This document shows, piece after piece, positions 1 to 9,104 of a stretch of DNA of 64,000 nucleotides. A model generated the notes under the pieces. That model ran no database searches. It was not told where the DNA came from and saw nothing but the letters and a program-made list of their open reading frames with translations. Source of the stretch: Bdellovibrionota bacterium (lineage in GTDB: Bacteria; Bdellovibrionota_C; UBA2361; CALJRW01). The stretch's first letter is position 1. Every line of letters starts with the position of its first letter. Both the position numbers and the translations under genes were made by a program. The stretch lies in assembly GCA_041740355.1 (NCBI GenBank), contig JBGSMD010000063.1, forward strand, positions 64,001 to 128,000. The letters are read 5' to 3'.

Positions 1-57
1 AGATGACAATTTTAACTTTACACTTAGCGAGCTAAGTATTTTAGACGAAGAGGAACA

Positions 58-507
58 ATGAAAAAACTAATCCTAATTTTAATAGTGCTACTGACAATGG
101 CTCCATTTGCCTTCGCTGAAGATTGGAACCGCAAGGGACCTCCAAAATTTGAGGGCAAATTTGATCCTGAGGATAAAGAAATTTATGCTCTGATGAAAGA
201 TAAACATCAAGACATGATGAAAGAGATGGAGCAAATGATGGAAGAGCGAAAAAAACTAGGGGAGCTACTACGAAATCCAGAGACAAGTGATGAACAGATT
301 CGTACACAATCTAAAGTTATTAACGATCAAATGCTAGCGATTAATAACAAAAGAACTGATGACATACTAAGCCTTAGAAAGAAACTTCCACCGGAAAAAT
401 TTAAAAAGCTCTTAGATCGCTTTGATGAAAAAAGAGATGAAATGCGTGATAAATTTAAAGGTAAATTTGATCGCTTTGGTAAAAATTCTCATTCCAAAAA
501 CAATTAA
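58..507 (+). CDS. Periplasmic Spy/CpxP-like (heavy-metal resistance/LTXXQ-type) helical protein
   Basis: Signal peptide (AFA-E), Met/Lys/Glu-rich helices, 'LRKKLPPEKFKK' resembling the LTPEQ motif. Confidence 0.6.
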   Translation: MKKLILILIVLLTMAPFAFAEDWNRKGPPKFEGKFDPEDKEIYALMKDKHQDMMKEMEQMMEERKKLGELLRNPETSDEQIRTQSKVINDQMLAINNKRTDDILSLRKKLPPEKFKKLLDRFDEKRDEMRDKFKGKFDRFGKNSHSKNN

Positions 508-521
508 TCATACCTTCCCTG

Positions 522-542
522 AGGTAGGGCTTTGCCCTACCT
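522..542 (+). terminator. Probable intrinsic terminator hairpin
   Basis: aggtagggc-ttt-gccctacct, 14 nt after the stop codon, pyrimidine tail. Confidence 0.55.
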
Positions 543-643
543 TCTTCCACTAAATCCTTAATAATTTATAATTATTTTCTTGTAACTAACTAATCAGACA
601 AAACACTTATCTTTACATCTCGACTAAAAGTATCTTAGAATTT

Positions 644-698
644 AGTTATCGTAACTCCAAAAAGTAATTTCCGTTGGGAATTATTTTTTGTCATAACT
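644..698. repeat. Palindromic repeat, family R2 (aaaagtaatt(t)cc...ggaa(a)tta(c/t)tttt core)
   Basis: Shares core and ttttgtcataac end with copies at 39764 and 43004. Confidence 0.7.
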
Positions 699-731
699 TT
701 AAATCAAGCCTAAACTTCTTCAAAGAGATCA

Positions 732-1508
732 ATGTTAAGATTCCCAAAAATATTTTTTATACTTATTAGTATTTTATTAATTAGCATAATCTCTATCGGT
801 TGTGGTGGTATTGGTAAATTATTAAAAGCGGATCCTGCTCCACCTTCAGGATTTATTGAAAATCCAGAACATTTAAAAGAATGGCGTGACCATGCACCTT
901 TTCATGGTATTTGGTTTCAAGACAAAGAAAAATTTGATAAGACCAGAAGCAAATTTAAAACTATTTACTTTGCACCTGTTACAACTGATTTTCTGCAAGA
1001 GCAAGGTTGGTGGAGCTCATTAAACACCGTAGACTTTGAGGCCTATCAAAAAGAATTGCAGATGCTGGCTGATTATACAAAAAAATCCATGGACAAAGCA
1101 TTTGAGAATGATCCTAACAAGGTTCAAACTGTAGTTCAAACTCCAGGAGAAGATACCATTGTCTATAAAATTGCGATTGTCGAAGTAGTTGCAACCAAAG
1201 CTCACATTAATGCCATTGGATCTGTTTTAGGCGCCGTTGTTCCTGGCGGTGGATTAGTTAAGTCTTCTGCTAAAGGTAGTATTGCCATTGAAGTAAAAGT
1301 TTATGATGGTGAGAGTAATGAACTAATGATTACCTGGGCGGATCGCGAGCAAGATCCAAGTACTATTTTTAGCTTAGCTGACTTTAGTTGTTTTGATCAT
1401 TCCAAAAAGAGTATTGATAACTGGGCGGAGCAGCTTGTGAAGCTTCACAACACCACAACAAAAGATCGCGTGGAAGACTCTTCTCCCTTCACTATTTTGC
1501 CTTATTAA
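732..1508 (+). CDS. DUF3313-like lipoprotein
   Basis: Lipobox SIG-C, 'PPSGFI' start, 'GSIAIEVKVYDGESNELM...D' pattern. Confidence 0.65.
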   Translation: MLRFPKIFFILISILLISIISIGCGGIGKLLKADPAPPSGFIENPEHLKEWRDHAPFHGIWFQDKEKFDKTRSKFKTIYFAPVTTDFLQEQGWWSSLNTVDFEAYQKELQMLADYTKKSMDKAFENDPNKVQTVVQTPGEDTIVYKIAIVEVVATKAHINAIGSVLGAVVPGGGLVKSSAKGSIAIEVKVYDGESNELMITWADREQDPSTIFSLADFSCFDHSKKSIDNWAEQLVKLHNTTTKDRVEDSSPFTILPY

Positions 1509-1683
1509 CTTTTGAATCGAATCAGAGTAATAGCAACTCCTTGTACTTAAGTTGGGACCGATAAACCTCACGAAATTTATATCTTTAACCACGGTTCTAT
1601 TTTTTTTGATATTAACTACAGGCCACTAAATAGTTTGAGTTTTAAAAATTAGCTTTTAAATAGCTCCCTAAATAAATTAATTG

Positions 1684-1723
1684 AATAGAGGTTAGTCACT
1701 TTTGTTAATGACTAACCTCTATT
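1684..1723. terminator. Bidirectional terminator hairpin between convergent genes
   Basis: Perfect 15-bp stem aatagaggttagtca/tgactaacctctatt followed by a T-run. Confidence 0.7.
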
Positions 1724-1759
1724 TTTTATAATTAGTGGTCTCTAAACCACTAAAATTAA

Positions 1760-2473
1760 TTAACGGAAAAGCTTAGTTAGTTTTTCAGCATAATTACTAG
1801 AATCAGGAGAAACTCGACCTTCTAATAATGCTACTCGATCAACTTTCATTCCATAATAGGAATCAAGATCAGCTTGTTCTTTTCCAATTTTGCTTCCACC
1901 AATTGCTGCACCAGCAAATAATCCTTCAGTTCTTGTGAATGCAATTACCTTAGCAGTCTCTGTATCAACACTACTATCATAATTACCTGCTACTGCACTA
2001 AGATCCGTTCCAAGTACAAAGTCACCATTCTTTAAAGACTGAACAGCATCCTTGTTCATTAGAAATAAAACAACATCAGTTGATTTAGCGCCTACTTGTA
2101 AACCAATATTTCCTTGATTCAAGGATAGAACTGCTGGTTGACTCCACTTAGCATCAGCATTCTTACAACTTACTAGTCCAACACCATGGGCACCACCAAC
2201 TACTACTGCAGCTGTTACTACATTTGGCAAAACGGCAACACATAGTGCGTCATTTTGTATTTTCATAGGAACTTCTTTTGACTCTCCTTTGATAATTGCA
2301 GCATATACTTCTGCAGACTGATCAATCATTTTATGAAAGTGTACCAAATCTTTAATCTCTTCTTTTTTGATTTCTGCAACTTCTTCCTTGCTTACTTTTT
2401 CATGCTGTTCAGCAAAAGTAACTATTGGAAAAATTAGGGTGATTGATAAAATCAATCCAGTTATTTTATTCAT
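1760..2473 (-). CDS. Ysc84/SYLF lipid-binding domain protein, secreted (start corrected to MNKITGL)
   Basis: 'GGAHGVGLVSC...WSQP...IGLQVGAKSTDVVLFLMN...GLFAG' pattern; signal peptide from M27 of the track ORF. Confidence 0.85.
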   Translation of the reverse strand: MNKITGLILSITLIFPIVTFAEQHEKVSKEEVAEIKKEEIKDLVHFHKMIDQSAEVYAAIIKGESKEVPMKIQNDALCVAVLPNVVTAAVVVGGAHGVGLVSCKNADAKWSQPAVLSLNQGNIGLQVGAKSTDVVLFLMNKDAVQSLKNGDFVLGTDLSAVAGNYDSSVDTETAKVIAFTRTEGLFAGAAIGGSKIGKEQADLDSYYGMKVDRVALLEGRVSPDSSNYAEKLTKLFR

Positions 2474-2540
2474 GATATAGGCCTTATTTATTATTAAATT
2501 TCTTGAATCACCAATTAATTCCCAGTTGCTCTTGAACGCT

Positions 2541-2792
2541 CTAGCCCGCATTGTTCATCAGTGCACGTAGCGAGGCAAGGAAGTTTGGTTTCAGTTTGGA
2601 CTAAAAAATGCGCAGTGAGACCGAGGTCTCGCGAGCATATTTTCGTTCAAAATGGAATCAAAATTCATTGCCGCAGTAGTGCCATATCGATGACACACTA
2701 TAATCTTAAACAACTTCTAAATCTCTTGTAAGTCATCGAGATTAGAAAGAAATTTTATTTCTTTCTAATCACTGATGAATTATGCGAGCTAG
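2541..2792. mobile_element. MITE-like element with 23-bp imperfect terminal inverted repeats
   Basis: ctagcccgcattgttcatcagtg vs reverse complement ctagctcgcataattcatcagtg (20/23); internal hairpins; no ORF. Confidence 0.7.
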
Positions 2793-3032
2793 TTAAGAAT
2801 GCACAACAGTCACTAAGGACATGATAATTAAAAATAATTTCCTGAGTTAACTTTTAAAAATTAGCTGAAGTTCTATTATTTCTTGACCTACTATAATTTC
2901 TATCTTTAGTTTGCTTTATGACCTTCATCATAGGATAGGCTATTAATACTGGCTTAATCGGTCTTGCCTTTAATGAATATTGGGGGTTAATATCCTTTTT
3001 GGTTGTTTTAAACGTTATTGATCAGTAATTAA

Positions 3033-3611
3033 ATGAATAAACTAACTCGTTGTACTTGGGTCGGGACCGATAAGCCTCATTATGAAAAATACCATGACGA
3101 AGAATGGGGAGTTTCTGTGTATGACGATCGGAAATTATTTGAATTTTTGATACTAGAGAGTGCCCAAGCAGGACTTAACTGGGAAACAATTCTTAAGCGA
3201 AGGACTGGCTATAAAAAGGCTTTCTGTAATTTTGACCCTAAAAAAGTTTCTAAACTTAGCGACCATCAATTAGAGAAACTTCTCTTAAACCCTGAAATTA
3301 TACGTAATCGACTGAAGGTTTTTTCAACACGAAAAAACGCCTTAGTTTTCCTAGAAATCCAAAAAGAATTTGGCTCATTTAGCAATTATCTCTGGGCGTT
3401 CGTAAATAATCGAAAAGTTATTAATAAATGGAAGAATCTAGCCGATGCTCCAACTGAGTCTAAGGAAAGCCAGGCTATATCAAAGGATCTAAAGAAGCGC
3501 GGCATGACTTTTGTTGGTTCAACAATTATTTATGCTTATATGCAAGCAGTAGGTTTAGTAAACGATCATGTTACTGAATGCCATTGCTACAAGCGTTGTT
3601 GTAAACAGTAA
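3033..3611 (+). CDS. tag: DNA-3-methyladenine glycosylase I
   Basis: RCTW...YHDEEWG, LESAQAGLNW, IIRNRLK, QAVGLVNDH..C motifs. Confidence 0.97.
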   Translation: MNKLTRCTWVGTDKPHYEKYHDEEWGVSVYDDRKLFEFLILESAQAGLNWETILKRRTGYKKAFCNFDPKKVSKLSDHQLEKLLLNPEIIRNRLKVFSTRKNALVFLEIQKEFGSFSNYLWAFVNNRKVINKWKNLADAPTESKESQAISKDLKKRGMTFVGSTIIYAYMQAVGLVNDHVTECHCYKRCCKQ

Positions 3612-3614
3612 GCT

Positions 3615-4250
3615 ATGGAAAAAGTCATTTTACTTCATGGAATCTTACTGCATGATTACAACATGTCTTCTTTAGCAAAATATCTAAAAAATAACGGCTA
3701 TGAAGTTCTAAATATTTGCTACCCTTCACGTCGGTGTCCCATAAAAGATCTAACTCAGATTGTTAAAAGTAAAATTCTCGCTGATTTTCAGTCCGATCAA
3801 AAAATTAACTTAGTTGGATTTTCCATGGGAGGTCTAATTTGGCGTTCGATCTTAGCTGAAATGCAACCTAAAAATCTTGGTCGGTTAGTGATGATAGCTA
3901 CTCCTAACCAAGGTAGTGAAGTCGCTGATGCTCTACACTTAAATCCATTTATTAGATTCCTTTTTGGTCCAGCAATTAGCGATTTGCGAACGACCGCCGC
4001 CGATCAAATTCCTAGCATTAATAATCCACAATTAGAGTTTGGAATAATTGCTGGAAACATTCCTACCTCGCCACTTTTTAGCCGATATTTCACGGAAGAA
4101 AACGATGGCAAAGTTTCAGTTGAGAGTTCGCATCACTTAGGAGAAAAAGACCATATTGTTTTGCCATTCGATCACACATTTGCACCATTTAACAAAAAAG
4201 TTCAGCAACAAACTCTACATTTCCTAAAAAACGGCAATTTTCAACATTAA
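3615..4250 (+). CDS. Alpha/beta hydrolase (lipase/esterase-like)
   Basis: LLHG, GFSMGG nucleophile elbow, TPNQGS, NDGKV, C-terminal His. Confidence 0.9.
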   Translation: MEKVILLHGILLHDYNMSSLAKYLKNNGYEVLNICYPSRRCPIKDLTQIVKSKILADFQSDQKINLVGFSMGGLIWRSILAEMQPKNLGRLVMIATPNQGSEVADALHLNPFIRFLFGPAISDLRTTAADQIPSINNPQLEFGIIAGNIPTSPLFSRYFTEENDGKVSVESSHHLGEKDHIVLPFDHTFAPFNKKVQQQTLHFLKNGNFQH

Positions 4251-4308
4251 TTCTGACCATAGACTTGATATATTTGTAGATTAATTTAAAAATGCGACTT
4301 CAAATTAT

Positions 4309-4398
4309 GGAGAGGTGGCCGAGTGGTTGAAGGCGCAAGCCTGGAAAGTTTGTATACTAGAAATGGTATCGGGGGTTCGAATCCCCCTCTCTCCTCCA
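4309..4398 (+). tRNA. tRNA-Ser(GGA), long variable arm, CCA encoded
   Basis: Acceptor ggagagg/tctctcc, anticodon loop ctggaaa, T arm ggggg-ttcgaat-ccccc. Confidence 0.96.
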
Positions 4399-4640
4399 TT
4401 AACTATTCACTACGTGAATAGTTAATGGAGCGCGCCGAAGCTCCGTAGGAGCGAAGGTGGGCTGATTGAATACAAAAATTTCATAGCCACGGCGTAGTCC
4501 GTCTTTGCGGAGCAAAGACGTAACGAAGACGGGCTGTTTGCGATCAAGTTATTTTACTCCAGCAGTGATTGAAACGAGCAAGTGATTTTTGTAGCCATAA
4601 CGCAGTTCTTCTTTGTGAAGCAAAGACGAAACCAAAACAA
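4394..4640. repeat. Hairpin plus REP-like units (family R3) downstream of tRNA-Ser
   Basis: 17-bp perfect stem 4394-4430, then gccgaagc..gcgaaggtggg, gccacggcgtag..cgaagacggg and a decayed copy near 4594. Confidence 0.6.
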
Positions 4641-4673
4641 TTGATACTTACACAAAATTATTTACAGGCTCCT

Positions 4674-6365
4674 TTATAGGACTGGTACATCCCCAGCACT
4701 AGCAGGAGTTTCATTATCACCAATATTGTTTGTATTACCATAACCGATACTACCAAACTCACCGCTACCCCAACACCTAACACTACCGGTATCCAGTAAT
4801 ACACATGTATGAATACCTCCGGCGGCTAGTTGAACCACGGTGCCACCGACATTTACATTTCCGACACTTGCTGGAGTTTCATTGTCACCAATATTATTAG
4901 TATTGCCATAGCCAAGCTGACCATTTAAGCCTCGGCCCCAACACCTAACATTTCCCGTATCTAGTAATGCACAGGTTTTCTTAAAACCAGTAGCTATCTG
5001 AACTACGGTGCCTCCGACATTTACATTTCCGACATTGGCTGGAGTTTCATTGTCACCAATATTATTAGTATTTCCATAACCAAGCTCCCCATCCGAACCT
5101 TCGCCCCAGCATCTTACATTTCCCGTATCTAGTAATGCACAGGTGTGATTCCCTGAAGCGGCCAATTGAACTACATTGCCACCAATATTCACAGCCTCAT
5201 AGATAAGAGGTCCAATAATGTCATAAGTGCCCCCATGGCCAAGTTGGCCATAATAACCATCCCCCCAACACTTAACATTTCCTGAATTAACCAAGGCACA
5301 TGTATGATTACTTCCTGCTACTATTTGAGTTACAGTTTCATTTTCAAAATTGTAATCTTGAATAATAACAGACTCAAAGTTAGCAGGAGCTTCATCGTCT
5401 CCAACATTAGTAGTATTTCCGTTGCCCAGTTGGCCATTTCGTCCATAACCCCAACATTTAACTTGTCCAGTATTTAAAAGTGCACAGGTATGATTTGAGC
5501 CAGCAGAGATTTGAGTAACAGTCCCGCCAACATTAACATCTCCAGCATTGGCAGGTGTTTCAAAGTATCCAACAGAAGCAGTACTACCATATCCAAGTAC
5601 ACCATAGTTACCACTCCCCCAACACCTAACTTTACCTGTGTCAAGTAGGGCACAGGTATGACCCCCTCCAGTAGCGATATCAACGACATTCCCGCCAACA
5701 ATTACATCCCCAACGCTTGCTGGTGTTTCATCATCTCCAATATTATAATGTACAGGAACAGTTGCATATCCAAGTTTACCAATAAACCCCTCACCCCAAC
5801 ATCTAACTGCTCCAGTATCTAGTAGAACACAAGTATGACTAAATCCTGCCGATATTTTTTGAACATCTAAAGGTATATTACATAAGTTAGAACAAGCATC
5901 GTCATTAATATTATTTCCATCATCACACTGTTCTCCAGACTGCTTGACTCCATCTCCACAAATAGGCGTTGTGCATATATTAGTACAGGAGTCCTCATTG
6001 ATCGTATTCCCATCATCACACTGTTCAGCAATATCAACATCAACTACACCATTCCCACAGGTATGATTACAAGCAACCAGTCCTGAGACATGAAGCTTCT
6101 GCATTTTTTTTGATTGATTATTATATTTATTAATTCCGGTTGAGGCGAACAACTTCTTAAAATTAGAACTTAGCTTCTTATAGGTAATAAATTTCTTTTT
6201 TTGAATCTTCCCTGGCTTCCAAGAACCATTAACGTTTTTACAAACATAATTTATACCATCCTTTTCAACGTTTACCGTCTGGGCAAAAGCCGCCCCGGAG
6301 AATAAAAATAGGCAGACTAGCAAAGATGAGAAGATAAATTGAAATGAGTTTTTCATATGGATCAT
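4674..6365 (-). CDS. Secreted RCC1/BLIP-II beta-propeller protein with Myxococcus-type Cys-rich repeats (paralog 1)
   Basis: Signal peptide, CGNG..EQCDDGN repeats, seven HTCALL..G.V.CWG repeats. Confidence 0.9.
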   Translation of the reverse strand: MIHMKNSFQFIFSSLLVCLFLFSGAAFAQTVNVEKDGINYVCKNVNGSWKPGKIQKKKFITYKKLSSNFKKLFASTGINKYNNQSKKMQKLHVSGLVACNHTCGNGVVDVDIAEQCDDGNTINEDSCTNICTTPICGDGVKQSGEQCDDGNNINDDACSNLCNIPLDVQKISAGFSHTCVLLDTGAVRCWGEGFIGKLGYATVPVHYNIGDDETPASVGDVIVGGNVVDIATGGGHTCALLDTGKVRCWGSGNYGVLGYGSTASVGYFETPANAGDVNVGGTVTQISAGSNHTCALLNTGQVKCWGYGRNGQLGNGNTTNVGDDEAPANFESVIIQDYNFENETVTQIVAGSNHTCALVNSGNVKCWGDGYYGQLGHGGTYDIIGPLIYEAVNIGGNVVQLAASGNHTCALLDTGNVRCWGEGSDGELGYGNTNNIGDNETPANVGNVNVGGTVVQIATGFKKTCALLDTGNVRCWGRGLNGQLGYGNTNNIGDNETPASVGNVNVGGTVVQLAAGGIHTCVLLDTGSVRCWGSGEFGSIGYGNTNNIGDNETPASAGDVPVL

Positions 6366-6439
6366 TAAAAAAAGGATTAACTAACTTGTTAGGACTCGGA
6401 TCTTCTTGTTTAATCATTAAATAATACGGCGGCAGATAA

Positions 6440-6467
6440 CTATCGACTCTTAAAGACTTAAACTTTA
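6440..6467 (-). promoter_or_regulatory. Sigma28 (FliA/SigD)-like promoter
   Basis: Minus strand TAAA-N16-GTCGATAG, conserved upstream of both RCC1 paralogs. Confidence 0.55.
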
Positions 6468-6676
6468 GAAATAATAATTAATGATTAGTTTGGATGAGAC
6501 AACTAAGATTTGAGATTCAAGGTAAATCTCGAAACTCTAAGTGACTTTATTCACGGTTAAAAGCTGTGTCCTGACTAAATCAGACTATTTAGTTCCTAAA
6601 AATTGCAGTTCGAAAATGGTGCCTTATAAAATAAATTTTCAAGCTACAAAATTAATATGGGACTCAAGTATCATAA

Positions 6677-6710
6677 GAAGTCTAATAGATTCTAAAAACT
6701 ATTAGACTTC
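6677..6710 (-). terminator. Hairpin after RCC1 paralog 2
   Basis: 12-bp stem gaagtctaatag/ctattagacttc about 20 nt past the stop. Confidence 0.5.
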
Positions 6711-6731
6711 CAACTAATAATTTCTAGTTAC

Positions 6732-8402
6732 TTACAATACTGGCACATCGCCTGCACTAGCCGGCGTTTCGTCATCACCTATATCGTTGATATTACCATA
6801 TCCAAGATTACCCTCATCCCCATATCCCCAACATCTTACAGCACCAGTATCTAGAAGTGCACAAGTATGACTAACAATATAAGAAATTCTAGCATTTGAA
6901 GTAGTTATTTGAGTAACAGTGCCACCAACATTAATATCACCAACGCTAGCTGGAACCTCATTGTCTCCAATCGTTGTAAAATTTCCATAACCAAGTTGAC
7001 CAGAACCTCCAAAACCCCAACACTTCACGGCACCAGTATCAAGTAGTGCGCAAGTGTGAGTTTTACCCGCAGATATTTGGGTTACCGTACCGCCAACATC
7101 AACGTTATCAATACTTGCAGGTGTTTCATTGTCACCAACACTATATATATTACCGTAACCAAGTTGGCCCTCTTCGGCATATCCCCAACATTTTACTGCT
7201 CCAGTAGCTAAAAGCGCACAAGTATGATTATTGCCAGCAGATATTTGAGTTACTGTACCACCAACATTTATATCACCAACATTAGCTGGAGCCTCATTAT
7301 CTCCAATAGTTTCAACATTTCCATAACCAAGTTGACCAGAACCTCCAAACCCCCAACACCTAACGGCACCATTATCAAGTAGTGCGCAAGTGTGACCACT
7401 GCCCACAGATATTTGAGTTACAGTACCGCCAACATCAACGTTACCAATACTAGCAGGTGTTTCATTGTCACCAATACTATTTGTATTACCGTAACCAAGT
7501 CGGCCATTTCCTCCATCGCCCCAACATTTTACAGCTCCAGTATCTAAAAGGGCGCAAGTATGCTTTCTACCAGCCGATATTTGAGTTACCGTACCGCCAA
7601 CATCAACGTTACCAATACTAGCAGGTGTTTCATTGTCACCAATACTATTTGTATTACCGTAACCAAGTCGGCCATTTCCTCCATCGCCCCAACATCTTAC
7701 TGCTCCAGTATCTAAGAGTGCGCATGTATGTTCTTCTCCCGCTGATACTTGAGTTATAGTACCACCTACATTCACATCTCCAACACTAGTTGGAGTTTCG
7801 TTATCTCCAATATTGATTACATTAGCATATCCAAGTTGACCAGAACCTCCATAGCCCCAACATTTAACATTACCAGTCTCCACAAGGGCACAGGTATGCG
7901 CACCACCAGCGACTATTTCCAAGACTTTGTATAGACAAGTATTCGGACAAGTATCATCATCGTTACTATTCCCATCATCGCATTGTTCATCAGACTGGAC
8001 AATTCCATCACCACATTCTGGAAAATTACAAGAATTAGTACATAAGTCTGTGCTAACTAAATTCCCATCATCACACTGCTCACCCATGGATACGTCTAAT
8101 ATTGTGTTTCCACAGGTATGACTACACGCAACTAACCCAGCTATATGCAGGTTCTTCATTTTTAGTGATTGCTTATTATATTTTTTTAAGGCAGTAGCTA
8201 CATATAATTTCTTTAGATCTGATTGTAGTTTCTTGAAAGTTATAAATTTCTTTTTCTGGATTTTACCAGGTTTCCATGAGCCTTTAATTTGACTGCAAAC
8301 AAACGTTTGTCCATCTTTAGTAACGGTAACTGTCTGTGCAAAAACTGAAGATGATAAACAAAAGAATACACAAGCGGATAATAATGAAAGCCTAATTTTC
8401 AT
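6732..8402 (-). CDS. Secreted RCC1/BLIP-II beta-propeller protein with Cys-rich repeats (paralog 2)
   Basis: Same architecture as paralog 1; shared GSWKPGKIQKKKFIT segment and identical C-terminus ETPASAGDVPVL. Confidence 0.9.
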   Translation of the reverse strand: MKIRLSLLSACVFFCLSSSVFAQTVTVTKDGQTFVCSQIKGSWKPGKIQKKKFITFKKLQSDLKKLYVATALKKYNKQSLKMKNLHIAGLVACSHTCGNTILDVSMGEQCDDGNLVSTDLCTNSCNFPECGDGIVQSDEQCDDGNSNDDDTCPNTCLYKVLEIVAGGAHTCALVETGNVKCWGYGGSGQLGYANVINIGDNETPTSVGDVNVGGTITQVSAGEEHTCALLDTGAVRCWGDGGNGRLGYGNTNSIGDNETPASIGNVDVGGTVTQISAGRKHTCALLDTGAVKCWGDGGNGRLGYGNTNSIGDNETPASIGNVDVGGTVTQISVGSGHTCALLDNGAVRCWGFGGSGQLGYGNVETIGDNEAPANVGDINVGGTVTQISAGNNHTCALLATGAVKCWGYAEEGQLGYGNIYSVGDNETPASIDNVDVGGTVTQISAGKTHTCALLDTGAVKCWGFGGSGQLGYGNFTTIGDNEVPASVGDINVGGTVTQITTSNARISYIVSHTCALLDTGAVRCWGYGDEGNLGYGNINDIGDDETPASAGDVPVL

Positions 8403-8473
8403 AAATTTTTCTCAAATTTGAAGTGCTAAAAAATCGCACTTATTAATCGTTAAATAATACGGCAGGTAGATAA

Positions 8474-8501
8474 CTATCGGATCACCAAGTCTTAGACTTT
8501 A
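8474..8501 (-). promoter_or_regulatory. Sigma28-like promoter
   Basis: Minus strand TAAA-N16-TCCGATAG. Confidence 0.55.
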
Positions 8502-8723
8502 GAAAAGATAATTAATGATTAGATTGGATGAAGGAAAGAAGATTAAAGCTTCTTAGATACCAAGAAGAGTAACAAGCACTCCTTAAACTGTCCTGAAAGT
8601 TAAGAATATGAAGTAAACAACCGAGTCTACTTCAGGCTTTAACTCCACACCTAACAATCTAATATTACTAATTAAAATGATTTATGATTGAATAAGTGTA
8701 TAATAAACTATACACTTAACTCA

Positions 8724-9104
8724 ATGAAAAGATCTCTTCCTTCTCATCTTAACACAACTAACCTCGCAATTATCCGATGTCTCTACCTAAGCGACTTCCC
8801 AGTTCCACTTCGTGAAATCGCTTATCGAACTAATCTTCAGATTAGAACTGTACAACTGATCTTAGAAAAATTTTTGAAAGAAAAAATTGTTCGAAAAAAA
8901 CGGAAAGGGCAACGGACTTCCTATACTATTAATAAAGAAGATCCCTACATTATTTTGCTTAACGAATTTATCGAGAAGCAAAATATGATGGAACTAAATC
9001 TGGCATCTCAAGAATATTCTGAAAGAGCTACTAATGCTCTACCCAATATTGTCAAAATGTATGAATTAGTAACTAGAGGTAAGAGAGATTATGAATCTAG
9101 ATGA
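8724..9104 (+). CDS. Winged HTH protein, probable antitoxin/regulator partner of the downstream nucleotidyltransferase
   Basis: 'VPLREIAYRTNLQIRTVQLILEKF...IVRKKRKGQRTSYTIN' wHTH; overlaps the next gene. Confidence 0.7.
   Translation: MKRSLPSHLNTTNLAIIRCLYLSDFPVPLREIAYRTNLQIRTVQLILEKFLKEKIVRKKRKGQRTSYTINKEDPYIILLNEFIEKQNMMELNLASQEYSERATNALPNIVKMYELVTRGKRDYESR

Noticed and set aside
2938-3028. Possible remnant of a small membrane protein gene (GLIGLAFNEYWGLISFLVV)
   Set aside because: No start codon in frame and too short to support a call
7423-7695. DGR template/variable repeat pair in the RCC1 gene
   Set aside because: In-frame protein repeats, identical rather than differing at adenines, and 24 kb from the RT
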